From IMG/VR virus record IMGVR_UViG_3300023278_002646, positions 1-63,875 of that record: DNA of 63,875 nt. One strand, written 5' to 3'. Below the pieces are notes generated by a model, which worked only from the letters and a program-made list of their open reading frames with translations, did not search any database and had not been told where the DNA came from. Origin of the DNA: a virus (lineage: Duplodnaviria; Caudoviricetes). How positions within the stretch are numbered: position 1 is the stretch's first letter; every line of letters begins with the position of its first letter. The position numbers and the translations under genes were made by a program. Of the stretch, positions 30,856 through 40,495 are shown piece by piece.

Positions 30856-30863
30856 AGGTTATG

Positions 30864-32060
30864 TTAGATTGTTGGGGTTGTCCCAGTGATAGCGGCGTAT
30901 TCTTTCGATAAGCGAGGAGCATATTTTTTAACATTTGCTGGACCATTGTAGAGGCTAGCCAGTTTTTCCCAATCCTTCTTTTTGGCTGCTGTCTTTGCGC
31001 CGGGAGAACCTTTAAACCACGTCAGAAGTAACTCATATGAAACACCTTCTGGATCAGACTTAAAGCGAGCTAGCTCACCTTCTGGATTTGAGCGATATCC
31101 TTCAAAGTTATATCCCAGTACCTGATACAACCCAAACGATGTAGAATACATTGCTAGTGGGGCGTTAACTGCATATGCGCGGTCGAATGCGTTTTTATTT
31201 GTCTCGCTAGCAACGAGTGAAAAAGGTACTTTGTTATTACGAGTGAATGGGATTTTAGATAGTTCCGTATTACTTACGCCGAACTCTGCTGCCTTCTCAT
31301 AAAATTTGTGAGGCTCAAATCTGATTGCTGACGCAGAGCCACCGGATTCTACTGCTTCGATAGCTTGAATAACCGCCGATTCTACACCCAGAGCATCCGC
31401 AGCTGCCTGTTGGGCTTCGGTCGGAGGTCCGGGTTTTGACTTTGCAACATAGTTGGAATTTGCACCGTCACCCAAAGGAGCCGGTATACCCTTCCTAAAC
31501 GCTTCGTTTATCGCTTCTGACGCAATATTCTCGATTTGAATCGGTCCACCAACCTTTCTAACTATTCTTGGATTAAAAAGGTTATTTATGTCTTCATATT
31601 TAACCGCTACCAGAGTTCCTAACTCCAAAGGTAAGTTTTGTGTTCCTTCTACGTCGGAATAAATGTCTGGATATGTTATCAATACCGGATCGTTAAAAGA
31701 TTTTGGAGCAGGACGACATTCAAGCTCGGGAATATATACTTTATAAGCAAAAGAAGCATATTTTTTTGGATTTTCTTCTGGTTTTTCATCATCACCGGTT
31801 TCATTTATCTTATATACAAACTCCTCAAACATTGCTGTTCTGTTTTTGTATGACGGATATGCCACGGGACGATAGCTTACAATCACTCCATTAAGTTCTG
31901 CGACGTTATCGAGTGTGTCTTTTCCAAAGACTTTTTCCACAGCAAAGCGCAGGAAGGTGGTAGCACCGGTTCTCCGTCTATCGCCAGAGTCTCCGGAACT
32001 ATTATCTTCTAGATTATTAAGAGAGCCATAAGGCAAGTCAGATAACTTTATTTCAGCCAT
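30864..32060 (-). CDS. Baseplate-associated N-acetylmuramidase (DUF3380-like) with gp5 OB-fold-like N-terminus
   Basis: AIEAVESGG, IRFEPHKF, STSFGLYQVLGYN, W..LA..YNGP motifs of DUF3380 muramidases; N-terminal YKVYIPEL...GTLVAV. Confidence 0.8.
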   Translation of the reverse strand: MAEIKLSDLPYGSLNNLEDNSSGDSGDRRRTGATTFLRFAVEKVFGKDTLDNVAELNGVIVSYRPVAYPSYKNRTAMFEEFVYKINETGDDEKPEENPKKYASFAYKVYIPELECRPAPKSFNDPVLITYPDIYSDVEGTQNLPLELGTLVAVKYEDINNLFNPRIVRKVGGPIQIENIASEAINEAFRKGIPAPLGDGANSNYVAKSKPGPPTEAQQAAADALGVESAVIQAIEAVESGGSASAIRFEPHKFYEKAAEFGVSNTELSKIPFTRNNKVPFSLVASETNKNAFDRAYAVNAPLAMYSTSFGLYQVLGYNFEGYRSNPEGELARFKSDPEGVSYELLLTWFKGSPGAKTAAKKKDWEKLASLYNGPANVKKYAPRLSKEYAAITGTTPTI

Positions 32061-32361
32061 CTTCTTTATTCTCGTTTAGAATATCAAACAGCTGTTCTTT
32101 GTCGTCTTCTGTGAGACCTACTTGATTTGTCTTTTGTCTTTGAAGGATGGCGGCAAGCTTTACAAGCTGCTCGTTGGACCTTTGAAGGTTTTCTACATAC
32201 TTAGCCGCGATAGGTCCCATCTCTCTTCTATCGGCGGTAGAGGCTTTCATATCGGTCATAACATCTATCAGTAATGATTTAGCCATAGCCCGATCCTCTT
32301 CAATGTTAGTTGTTGTTTTCTCTATATAAGTCTCTAAACTTAAATCTCGCTGTTTTCCCAT
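32053..32361 (-). CDS. Hypothetical protein (helical)
   Basis: 102-aa ORF overlapping both neighbours. Confidence 0.65.
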   Translation of the reverse strand: MGKQRDLSLETYIEKTTTNIEEDRAMAKSLLIDVMTDMKASTADRREMGPIAAKYVENLQRSNEQLVKLAAILQRQKTNQVGLTEDDKEQLFDILNENKEDG

Positions 32362-33026
32362 TTTACTTTAAACGTCCTATATCTCTTACGAAGTTTATTA
32401 AGATTATTGACTACCTGTTTGGTATTCAATCCAGTAAGTTCGCGAAGGTATAAGTAAATAGCCTTTTTGTTGAAAATTTCTATTTGTTCAGCAGAGTCTA
32501 AAAGAATACGAACAGCCATGAGAACTTTTTTCTCGTTTTCTTTGATCATGAAAGAGTCCCAAGTATCGATCTCTGTATTAAGAGATCTCCAAAACTCTAT
32601 CTCTGATCGCTTCTCATAATAGGTTGGTTCGTCTGATATTAAATCTTCGTCCAACTCATTTAAAATATCCTCCATAAACACCTCAGTTCTAAGGCGCTTC
32701 TTTGTTCTCTTGATCTTATGAATAAACCAGTTTTTAGTTACAACCGAGAAATATGAAAAAGCTTTTGAGCCTTTATTTGGATCATACTTGTTTAGTATAG
32801 TTGTAAGCCAGACCTTGCAGTCTGATCTTAGATAATCAATATTCGGCAGTGTTGTGAAACGATAAGTATAAATAATCTTATCGACCATCTGTTCAAAGGC
32901 AGGCTGTATATACTCTTCGTATAACTTGGACCTTAGTTCATAGTCTGTTGTCGATGCGTATTTAACTATCGCGTCTTCGTGGACCTGCGTAAAGTAATGA
33001 TTTTTCTTGCTCTTCTTCCTCGGCAT
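32340..33026 (-). CDS. Phage RNA polymerase sigma factor (late, gp55-like)
   Basis: 228 aa; HYFT, KYDPNKGSKAFSYFSVVTKNWFI (region 2 F/YDP..AFSYF), FNKKAIY. Confidence 0.78.
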   Translation of the reverse strand: MPRKKSKKNHYFTQVHEDAIVKYASTTDYELRSKLYEEYIQPAFEQMVDKIIYTYRFTTLPNIDYLRSDCKVWLTTILNKYDPNKGSKAFSYFSVVTKNWFIHKIKRTKKRLRTEVFMEDILNELDEDLISDEPTYYEKRSEIEFWRSLNTEIDTWDSFMIKENEKKVLMAVRILLDSAEQIEIFNKKAIYLYLRELTGLNTKQVVNNLNKLRKRYRTFKVKWENSEI

Positions 33027-33330
33027 TTAGTGCTTCCTCTAGCTCTTGTTCTAACTCTTCATCTATTGTGTGTTCGAATATCTCTCTAAAGTTTGAGATC
33101 TCATCGTTAACTTCTCTGATTCTTGTAATAAGTTCTTGTATCACAGGTTCTCCGTGATACGAGTTCATACTATACATATCCTTGGAAAATACTTGGAATG
33201 CTTTTGTAGTCAAAAACAAATCAGATAAGTTCTCAGAAATAAAGATAAACTTACGCAACAATCTAGCCACATACCACAGTAGCAAAGCATTGGCGATTAG
33301 AGAGCTTGTTAAGATTATATACGTGAGCAT
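32962..33330 (-). CDS. Small membrane-anchored coiled-coil protein
   Basis: N-terminal hydrophobic helix (YIILTSSLIANALLLWYVA) followed by an acidic coiled coil. Confidence 0.6.
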   Translation of the reverse strand: MLTYIILTSSLIANALLLWYVARLLRKFIFISENLSDLFLTTKAFQVFSKDMYSMNSYHGEPVIQELITRIREVNDEISNFREIFEHTIDEELEQELEEALNAEEEEQEKSLLYAGPRRRDS

Positions 33331-33578
33331 CAACGACCCTTGTCCAAATCGTCTCTCTGTTGACGTAAGGCTTTGCGAGAGTCCTTTATGAACTCTTCTG
33401 TGGTGGCGCCAACCTTTTTCTTCACTACCGATTTCTTGCCTGTGCTAAACCTTGTTAAAAGTTTTACCAAAGTGCTTCCAGAATCACATTTTGGACATGC
33501 TGATTCTATCTCACACGATGGGTGATTTATTGTAGATACTTCTTCACAGGCTGTGCATCGGTATTGATATCTTGGCAT
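33330..33578 (-). CDS. FmdB-family zinc-ribbon protein
   Basis: MPRYQYRCTAC...CPKC matches the FmdB MP.YEY.C..C / CP.C pattern. Confidence 0.8.
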   Translation of the reverse strand: MPRYQYRCTACEEVSTINHPSCEIESACPKCDSGSTLVKLLTRFSTGKKSVVKKKVGATTEEFIKDSRKALRQQRDDLDKGR

Positions 33579-33739
33579 TAACGCCTTTTCTCTAGAGCCT
33601 TAAGGCGTCTGTCGATGTCGCCCAAGTGCTTTTCAAGATCTCGCGCTTGCTGACGGACCGCGGTTCGAACAACCTCATCGATTAGTTCTCTTGCCTGTCC
33701 CTCTGTTAAATATCTTGCCTCTGTAGTCTTCTTAAGCAT
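33578..33739 (-). CDS. Small coiled-coil protein (53 aa, not in ORF track)
   Basis: ATG at 33739 reads MLKKTTEARYLTEGQARELIDEVVRTAVRQQARDLEKHLGDIDRRLKALEKRR*; its TAA overlaps the next ATG (TAATG); AAGGA upstream. Confidence 0.75.
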   Translation of the reverse strand: MLKKTTEARYLTEGQARELIDEVVRTAVRQQARDLEKHLGDIDRRLKALEKRR

Positions 33740-33743
33740 TTTA

Positions 33744-33941
33744 TTATCCTTCCTCGTTTAGTTCGACTGTATCAAAGTTAATCGTTGGTGGATTAGTTAC
33801 CACCAATTCTGATTGAGATGGATCTTCTGGATTTACTTGAAGGTTCATCTCTCGTAAGACAGGAACAATATCAGTTTGTTCCATTAATGATCTTTGGAGA
33901 GCCATCATTAGGGCTCCTACTGCTTGATTTGATAATCTCAT
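33744..33941 (-). CDS. Hypothetical protein
   Basis: Likely start MRLSNQAVGALMMALQ at 33941 with GGAG SD; VTNPP motif. Confidence 0.65.
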   Translation of the reverse strand: MRLSNQAVGALMMALQRSLMEQTDIVPVLREMNLQVNPEDPSQSELVVTNPPTINFDTVELNEEG

Positions 33942-33942
33942 T

Positions 33943-34773
33943 TTATTCTCCTTGTTTATTAAAACAATCATATATTGATTGGGTTGGGTCTATTTTAGCT
34001 GTCCATCCGATGTTTTTTAATTTAGTTATATCCGCTTTGGAAGTTAGAATATCTCCATCTCGTGGAGGAGTATTTATAAATTCAGCTTTATTATTAATAA
34101 CATTTATAATATCTTTTATTTGATTTAAAGAAATGGTTGTTCCAGTTCCAACATCATAAAACTCTCCATTAAATTTCTTATCATAATTCATACAAAAGAT
34201 GTTTGCGTCAATTATGTCTGCAACATTAATAAAATCCCTACTCTGTTCTCCATCTCCATCAATTTTTAAAGGTAACCCCCTTTTAATCATTTCTATCCAA
34301 GCACTTATGACAGTTGAATAGGAACCGCTATATTCCTGATCAGCAGAAAAAACATTATAGTAACGTAATGACACGGTGTCTAATTTGTATAAATCTGAAT
34401 AGAGTTTGCATTCCTGCTCACAAATTAGCTTATGAAGACCATAAGGAGAAGTGGGTCCTTTACCATTTCCGACTGCTGCAGCTGACGAGCTAAATATAAC
34501 TCTTTTTACATGGTGATTATAAGCCCACTCCAGAAGAATTGAGGTGGCATATGCATTTTGTCTAAATGTGTAGCTTGGATTACGAACTGAATATTCAACA
34601 CTTGGAAGAGCAGCCATATGAAAAACATAATCATAATCTTTATCAGGAAGGCAGCTGATTAAGTCTTCTCCATCCTTTAAGTCAATTCCGGTAACGTTAT
34701 GACCTAGATCGAGAAGGTGCGCGCACAACTTTGAACCTATATAGCCCTTATGCCCTGTTATTAACGTTTTCAT
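33943..34773 (-). CDS. NAD-dependent epimerase/dehydratase (extended SDR)
   Basis: MKTLITGHKGYIG, FSSSAA, SPYGLHK (YxxxK), LRYYNVF, GDGEQSRDFI. Confidence 0.9.
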   Translation of the reverse strand: MKTLITGHKGYIGSKLCAHLLDLGHNVTGIDLKDGEDLISCLPDKDYDYVFHMAALPSVEYSVRNPSYTFRQNAYATSILLEWAYNHHVKRVIFSSSAAAVGNGKGPTSPYGLHKLICEQECKLYSDLYKLDTVSLRYYNVFSADQEYSGSYSTVISAWIEMIKRGLPLKIDGDGEQSRDFINVADIIDANIFCMNYDKKFNGEFYDVGTGTTISLNQIKDIINVINNKAEFINTPPRDGDILTSKADITKLKNIGWTAKIDPTQSIYDCFNKQGE

Positions 34774-34775
34774 AG

Positions 34776-35753
34776 CTATAGAATATTTGTATTTCTGAGT
34801 TGCTGTAGACAACTCTCCCAGTTTTCAAACATGATTCCCTTATCATCAATATAACATACAGCACGGGGTTTCTCGGCGGTCACCTTACTGATATACTGAC
34901 TAAGGTTGTGCTTTTTTAGCCACTCCCAAACCAGTTCTGTGCCTGTTTTCCCATTCACTAAACCGCGATCTTTTCGAGCTTTACAGGTATAAACTATTAA
35001 AGTATACTTATCAGACAACTCTTTTAGAGCAGTGCGCACACCCTCAACTGGCTGATCATATATTGTTCCATCGTAGAATCCCTTGGAACACTGGTGAATT
35101 ACTTTATCAAAATCAACTCCGATATTAATTTTTTCATCGGGGTAGCTATGTTCTCGAATCTCTCCACCTTTCCAGTTTAATTTATCGAGATCGTCCGGTG
35201 CGTTGTGTCCAATTGGAGGGCAAATCTTACCCGAACCGTGGGTTAATTGGTAACTTAATAACAAAGTTAAAACTTCGGCGGTATGATAATAATTTGCCCC
35301 AAGAACAACTTCTGTAAGTGTTGATATCTCGGCCGGGATGGCGTGTGAGGTAATCATCGCAACTTCCATATTGTTGTCTTGACCCCACTGCAGAGCTTTA
35401 ATAATATCCATTGACTTACCCGAAGACGAAACTCCTAAAATCAAAGATCTCTTCATTTGGGTTTTAGTTTTTGTTGTTGTTCTGGCAGTAAGCCAGCTAA
35501 CCATCCATTGTTCAAAGTTTGTATCATTGATAAATGAAGTTGCTACCACCGCCGAGCCGGGACACATAGCATTCTTTGTTCCGTTAGACAACCTCGTCAT
35601 GTCTACAGCGGCATGGTCAGCAATAGCTAAATTTCCGCCATGGCCTAAAACATATATATCGTCACATCTATTAAACTTTTTTTGTAATTCTTTCCATTCT
35701 GGTGTGTTGACAACCGATACAAATCGTTGTCCAATATTTTCAAAATTAAGCAT
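34776..35753 (-). CDS. SIS-domain sugar-phosphate isomerase (GmhA-like) fused to a HAD phosphatase domain
   Basis: N-terminal IYVLGHGGNLAIADH, GVSSSGKS.DII.A; C-terminal GVDFDKVIH (DxD), YTC, KP...YIDDK. Confidence 0.75.
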   Translation of the reverse strand: MLNFENIGQRFVSVVNTPEWKELQKKFNRCDDIYVLGHGGNLAIADHAAVDMTRLSNGTKNAMCPGSAVVATSFINDTNFEQWMVSWLTARTTTKTKTQMKRSLILGVSSSGKSMDIIKALQWGQDNNMEVAMITSHAIPAEISTLTEVVLGANYYHTAEVLTLLLSYQLTHGSGKICPPIGHNAPDDLDKLNWKGGEIREHSYPDEKINIGVDFDKVIHQCSKGFYDGTIYDQPVEGVRTALKELSDKYTLIVYTCKARKDRGLVNGKTGTELVWEWLKKHNLSQYISKVTAEKPRAVCYIDDKGIMFENWESCLQQLRNTNIL

Positions 35754-36429
35754 TTCTTATGATCTCCCTATGATATTCAATTATTGCCATCGTATCCATA
35801 CCTAAACACTTTATACCATAATTAGGATATTTGCCTATCTGTGATTTTACATCTGTAGGGATATGAATCGCTCTTTTTTCAATTGGTAGTATATCATTTA
35901 TTTTATCAATATACAGCATAAAAAGATTATTATCAAATTCTCCGGGTATTCCCAAGCTCAATGATAGATCGTAAGGACCTACAAGATAATAGTCAAAATT
36001 TAACGCTACAATACTAGCTAAGTTTTCAACTCCCTCTTTTGTTTCTATTTGTGGTATCAAAATTGGATCGTCACTTATAAGGCTTCTTTCTCCCCACATA
36101 TTTTGCCTAACAAGCCCTAAGCCGCGGACGCCGCGCGGAGGGAAACAGGAAAAATCTATGATCTTTTTTGCCTGTTCGGTCGTTTCGACTGTTGAAAATA
36201 TAAGACCATGTGCGCCAGAGTCAAGATAGTATCTAATCTTTGTCTTATCAATCTCTGTTAGGCGAACAAGACATATCTTGCCAGATAAAGTGGCAACCTG
36301 TATACAAGTGATCACCGTCTCATCATTAAATCCACCATGCTCTGTGTCTAACACAACTCCTTCGCAGCCAGAGTTGCATAGTATCTCAGTTATCAAAGGA
36401 GAGGGTATTTGTTGCCAAGTTAAAATCAT
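35746..36429 (-). CDS. HpcH/HpaI class II pyruvate aldolase
   Basis: LDTEHG, LVR, LDSGA.G, FPPRGVRG, QIET.EG, VGPYDLS.SLG. Confidence 0.9.
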   Translation of the reverse strand: MILTWQQIPSPLITEILCNSGCEGVVLDTEHGGFNDETVITCIQVATLSGKICLVRLTEIDKTKIRYYLDSGAHGLIFSTVETTEQAKKIIDFSCFPPRGVRGLGLVRQNMWGERSLISDDPILIPQIETKEGVENLASIVALNFDYYLVGPYDLSLSLGIPGEFDNNLFMLYIDKINDILPIEKRAIHIPTDVKSQIGKYPNYGIKCLGMDTMAIIEYHREIIRNA

Positions 36430-36863
36430 CTAGAATACTCTTCTATCAGGTCCGAACATACGCCGGCAGCTACCTGAAATTCTTCATGACTGTAACTAAC
36501 TCTTTCAGGCATAACACATATTGATTTTGTTGTTAGAAGATTCCCAGGATAAGTCCAAAGGTACCCTCTCGTAGTTAATGTAACATCGTCCTCCTGATGC
36601 CAAAAACAGTGTATTCCCATAAATAACAAATTTTTTAGTGCTTCAATATTCTTAGCATGACACCATAGAGCATTATTATAGAAATAAGTCTTATGTACCT
36701 CATATTGAGGCTCATCGTGACCAAGATACCATTTATTATTCTCATACCAGACATCTATCTCAACGTTATAGCCGTTGCTTATAGCCTGTTGGATATAGTC
36801 TGGATTGTTTTCTCGATCGGGATTCGGGCCATTGATGTTACCTCTATGAGAAATTAGTATCAC
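36426..36863 (-). CDS. PLC-like / glycerophosphodiester phosphodiesterase-like protein
   Basis: ISHRGN, EN.P, VEIDVW, LGHD, WCHAKN; likely GTG start overlapping the upstream TGA. Confidence 0.75.
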   Translation of the reverse strand: MILISHRGNINGPNPDRENNPDYIQQAISNGYNVEIDVWYENNKWYLGHDEPQYEVHKTYFYNNALWCHAKNIEALKNLLFMGIHCFWHQEDDVTLTTRGYLWTYPGNLLTTKSICVMPERVSYSHEEFQVAAGVCSDLIEEYSR

Positions 36864-37555
36864 TTCTTTACCACATATGCTGAGGGGCATATATAGTTTA
36901 ATGACTTTATCTCAACATCCTTATCATTAAAAAAACAATCTACCGCATTAGCCTCAGACCATCTATGGAAAGCATACTCATCAAAAACTACAATACCTCC
37001 CTTAACTACTCGGGGCCACAAAGCCTCTAAAGCAGCGTAAGTTGGATCCTGAACATCGAGGTCGATATACAACAGTGATATTCTAGCCCCTGGGCGCTCT
37101 GTAACATATTCTCCGGCAGTTTTACATATGTCACCGCTTACCAACTCGTATTCGTGCTCCTCAAAACCACAGGAGGCTATAAACGCGTCGAACTTGTCCC
37201 TATGATTATTTGCGTGTGCATAGTCTCTTTTATCAAATAGAGTTTTCATGGCTTCGGCATCCTGCCCTGAGAGAGATTCGACTAATTTATCAGAATCAAA
37301 AAAATCAAAACCTATTACTTTTTTGCCACTATTCGGGCACAAAAATCTTTTTAATTTTAAAAAGGTAAGAAGACCTGTCCCCTTAAAGACTCCACATTCC
37401 ACTAAGTCACCCGGAAGGTTTTTGACTTGATTGACTAATAATGTCCTGGCCAGTAGCTTTCCAAACACCTTAGTGTCTGAACTAAGCATAAATCCATTAA
37501 AGCTATCAAATAGCTTTTGGGTTGTGTCAATGATTTCTAATTCTTTTAGTTTCAT
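36860..37555 (-). CDS. TylF/MycF-family sugar O-methyltransferase
   Basis: PGDLVECGVFKG, GFDFF, LLYIDLD, GGIVVFDEY. Confidence 0.85.
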   Translation of the reverse strand: MKLKELEIIDTTQKLFDSFNGFMLSSDTKVFGKLLARTLLVNQVKNLPGDLVECGVFKGTGLLTFLKLKRFLCPNSGKKVIGFDFFDSDKLVESLSGQDAEAMKTLFDKRDYAHANNHRDKFDAFIASCGFEEHEYELVSGDICKTAGEYVTERPGARISLLYIDLDVQDPTYAALEALWPRVVKGGIVVFDEYAFHRWSEANAVDCFFNDKDVEIKSLNYICPSAYVVKK

Positions 37556-38929
37556 TTATTTACCGTGAAATTTGTTAAAGTAGTCTAGATCCTCCGGAGT
37601 TCCGATTCCCCACATACCCTGTTCCATATGAAACGTTTTAATTTTCTTTCCATCCTCAATGGCCTGATTGAATACAGGGCATACATAAAATTCGTTATTT
37701 ACACGAAGATTATCCTTAATCATGTCCTCGGCGTATTTTACATAGTCTGAACCCTTACGCCAATAGTAAATACCGGTGGTTGCTATGTTGCTGATTGGCT
37801 TTTTTTCGGCCACTTCCGAGACGAAACCGTCAGCGTTCAACTTAGCAAAACTCCATTTTGGATGCGTGGCTGTAAAGGTAAGCATTCCTCCGTCAATTTC
37901 GTCCGCTTCCATGGAATACATAAACTCATTACTATCCCAATCTAGGAATTGATCAGAGTTAGCATACACCAAGGGCTCATTATTGTTAATAAATTTTTTT
38001 GCTAATAGCGTAGTGCATGCAGCACCTTCAGTCATACCATCAACTTGTACAACTTCGCACCCGGGGGAGATAAGTCCCAAGAGATGGCGAAGATTGTATT
38101 TTTCGTAATGCTCCTTCTGAACAACAAAAATGTGTTTTGCGTCGATGTTTAAATTATCAACCACCAATTGAATCATTGGCTTTCCTCTTACCTCAATTAG
38201 CGGCTTTGGAAAAGTATAGCCGGCCTTTTGGAATCTCGATCCGGCGCCGGCCATTGGAATGAGAACATTCATTTTACCTCCTTGCCACTTGGGCTTAATT
38301 TTGTTTTGCGATTCCGCTTTATTAATTGTTTCTTTAATTTTATCATAGCAAACATCTTCACTGTTTTTAACTGCGCACAAATATGCTCCACTACAGAGTG
38401 CAGCTTTTCTGCCATGGTGTGAGTCTTCCACGATTACCGTCTCACCCGGATCCACATCAGCCTTCAACATACATCGCATATAAATCTCCGCGCTAGGCTT
38501 AGGCTTATTTACATCTTGGTTGGTATATAGAAAGTCAATATGTTCAAATAGTCCTTTGCGAATCAATTGCAGTTTGGCAGTATCACGAATAGAATTGGTT
38601 GCGCATGCTATTTTATATCCTTCATATTTCAACTTTTTCAAAATTGATTTCATCCTCAAGTCTGGCCCAAAAGCATCAATAATTTCAATTGTTTTGTTTT
38701 GCTTTGCTTTCCACACAGCATTATGAAGAAATTCTGGGAGTCCCTTATTAGCTGTTAACATTTTAAGCTTTCTAGTTGTTGAGAGCCCATCATATGTCGA
38801 GAGATGTTCAGCACGATGTATGACATATTTGATATCAATATCTGATAACGATTTGTTTAAGGCTTGGTAGTGTAATTCTCGGGCGTCGACCAACACGCCG
38901 TCGAGATCGAATATTACTAACTTAATCAT
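37556..38929 (-). CDS. HAD phosphatase fused to sugar-phosphate nucleotidyltransferase
   Basis: Start MIKLVIFDLDGVLVD, KP, VEDS..G; then NVLIPMAGAGSRF...PKPLI.V.GKPMI, EKKPIS, GTPEDL. Confidence 0.88.
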   Translation of the reverse strand: MIKLVIFDLDGVLVDARELHYQALNKSLSDIDIKYVIHRAEHLSTYDGLSTTRKLKMLTANKGLPEFLHNAVWKAKQNKTIEIIDAFGPDLRMKSILKKLKYEGYKIACATNSIRDTAKLQLIRKGLFEHIDFLYTNQDVNKPKPSAEIYMRCMLKADVDPGETVIVEDSHHGRKAALCSGAYLCAVKNSEDVCYDKIKETINKAESQNKIKPKWQGGKMNVLIPMAGAGSRFQKAGYTFPKPLIEVRGKPMIQLVVDNLNIDAKHIFVVQKEHYEKYNLRHLLGLISPGCEVVQVDGMTEGAACTTLLAKKFINNNEPLVYANSDQFLDWDSNEFMYSMEADEIDGGMLTFTATHPKWSFAKLNADGFVSEVAEKKPISNIATTGIYYWRKGSDYVKYAEDMIKDNLRVNNEFYVCPVFNQAIEDGKKIKTFHMEQGMWGIGTPEDLDYFNKFHGK

Positions 38930-39851
38930 CTCGAAGTTTCTCCCCACCTTTTGTTGGGTGAATATCGATATCGCCTTGTTTATCAACATCCAACCAAATA
39001 TCGCCGCTTCTCCAGCCAACTATGTTTTTGTTGTGAAGTTCGATATTCTTTTCAAAACCGTAGTATTGCACAAAACTCGGTACTTTTGGTGGCGTGGGTG
39101 GATTGTCAATAAAATCTTGAGTCCAATTAACGAGCCATCCATTATATGATGGTTGTGTCTTCCAAGTGTCTTTCCATTTCCAGTAAAATATCTGCGTAGT
39201 ATGATACCAAGCTTCGTCCCAAAGTTCATTAGATTTTATTTCTTTCCAATCAGCGTTGCCACCTTGATACTCGGACGTATCAAGTGGCAGAGCGTCTTGG
39301 TGATTTAAAAGTCTTTGATGTACAAAATCACCGATCATTGATTTTTCCTTGTTGTATATTAAAGCTCGAATATAATAATCTGCCTCTTTGTTCCCTGGCG
39401 TGAGATAACGTTCGTCCCACATACCAATTTTTTTGACTGCTTCAGGCCGGTAACTGACAATATTATCTCCCAATTGACCGGTCACAAAAGTATACTTCAT
39501 ATGAAGCCTGAGAAGGTTATATGCCCAGTGAGGAGACAGAACAATGTCGTTTTGCATCGTAACCACAATTTTAGCGTCCGGGTTGTCTAGATCCTTAAAT
39601 CCATGCAAAAGTGCTTCGTTCCAATTTCTAGCAAGATTACCAGTATCATTATCTATTCTAGTATTATTGTGAATAACATTTACTTTATTCGCGAACTCCT
39701 CTTCTAGAAAAAAATCAGAGTGATTGTTGATTATATTTACTTCTGTGTTGGGTATCGAGGTAAAATCTGTCTTGTTAAACAAAATATCTAGGGTTTTATT
39801 TAAAATCTTAGTTCTACGATAGGTCACGATATATATCTTCATATTTTTCAT
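38922..39851 (-). CDS. Putative GT-A (family 2-like) glycosyltransferase
   Basis: IYIVTYRR, LARNWN, QNDI, KIGMWDERY...EADY. Confidence 0.65.
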   Translation of the reverse strand: MKNMKIYIVTYRRTKILNKTLDILFNKTDFTSIPNTEVNIINNHSDFFLEEEFANKVNVIHNNTRIDNDTGNLARNWNEALLHGFKDLDNPDAKIVVTMQNDIVLSPHWAYNLLRLHMKYTFVTGQLGDNIVSYRPEAVKKIGMWDERYLTPGNKEADYYIRALIYNKEKSMIGDFVHQRLLNHQDALPLDTSEYQGGNADWKEIKSNELWDEAWYHTTQIFYWKWKDTWKTQPSYNGWLVNWTQDFIDNPPTPPKVPSFVQYYGFEKNIELHNKNIVGWRSGDIWLDVDKQGDIDIHPTKGGEKLRDD

Positions 39852-40495
39852 ATAATTTTCCTTAATTTATCTGCTCGATCCCAATCGGACTCAATGTCAA
39901 TATCTATATTTTCTGGCTCAGTTAATCCGTAAAAATAAGGATTTAAGCCCACGCGTGAATTAGTGCTCATTATAACCTGCGGATCAAAAATATAAAAGGC
40001 TGAATTTTCTTCATATAGAGCTGGCAAATCTTGTGTTTGCTCCATTTTTACTGGGTTGTGATTCACGGGACAGTATCCGTAAGCTTCTTGTCTCCAAAAG
40101 CGTGATTGGTAAATATTACAAGCGACCACTGAGTCATAGGTGTGTATAAACTTTTCTGCCTCTATGATGGTTTCTCTTTTCAAAAAAGGACTTGTAACAT
40201 GAATCTGAACTAGAGGAGAATCAACGTTGTGAGATTTTATAAAGTCTTCTATTAGATCACAAACTGATACTTTATCCCCTCTTAATTTTTCTTTTCTGTT
40301 AAAAGCGGCGACATTGGCTAATCTATTATCCTTCTTAATAAGATCTATGATCTCATCACTATCAGTATCAACATAAACTTCATCGTGTGGATATTTTAAA
40401 AGAGTGTGCTTAAAAAGCGGCTCTGTACCAAAAATTCTAAAATTTTTTCTTTTCACTCTTTGAGAATTGTGCTTGATAGGGATAAAAATTTTCAT
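39848..40495 (-). CDS. Acylneuraminate cytidylyltransferase-like (NeuA/KdsB family)
   Basis: IPIK.NSQRVKRKN, VDTDS, TSPF, TQDL...YEENSAFYIF, IDID...D. Confidence 0.85.
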   Translation of the reverse strand: MKIFIPIKHNSQRVKRKNFRIFGTEPLFKHTLLKYPHDEVYVDTDSDEIIDLIKKDNRLANVAAFNRKEKLRGDKVSVCDLIEDFIKSHNVDSPLVQIHVTSPFLKRETIIEAEKFIHTYDSVVACNIYQSRFWRQEAYGYCPVNHNPVKMEQTQDLPALYEENSAFYIFDPQVIMSTNSRVGLNPYFYGLTEPENIDIDIESDWDRADKLRKII

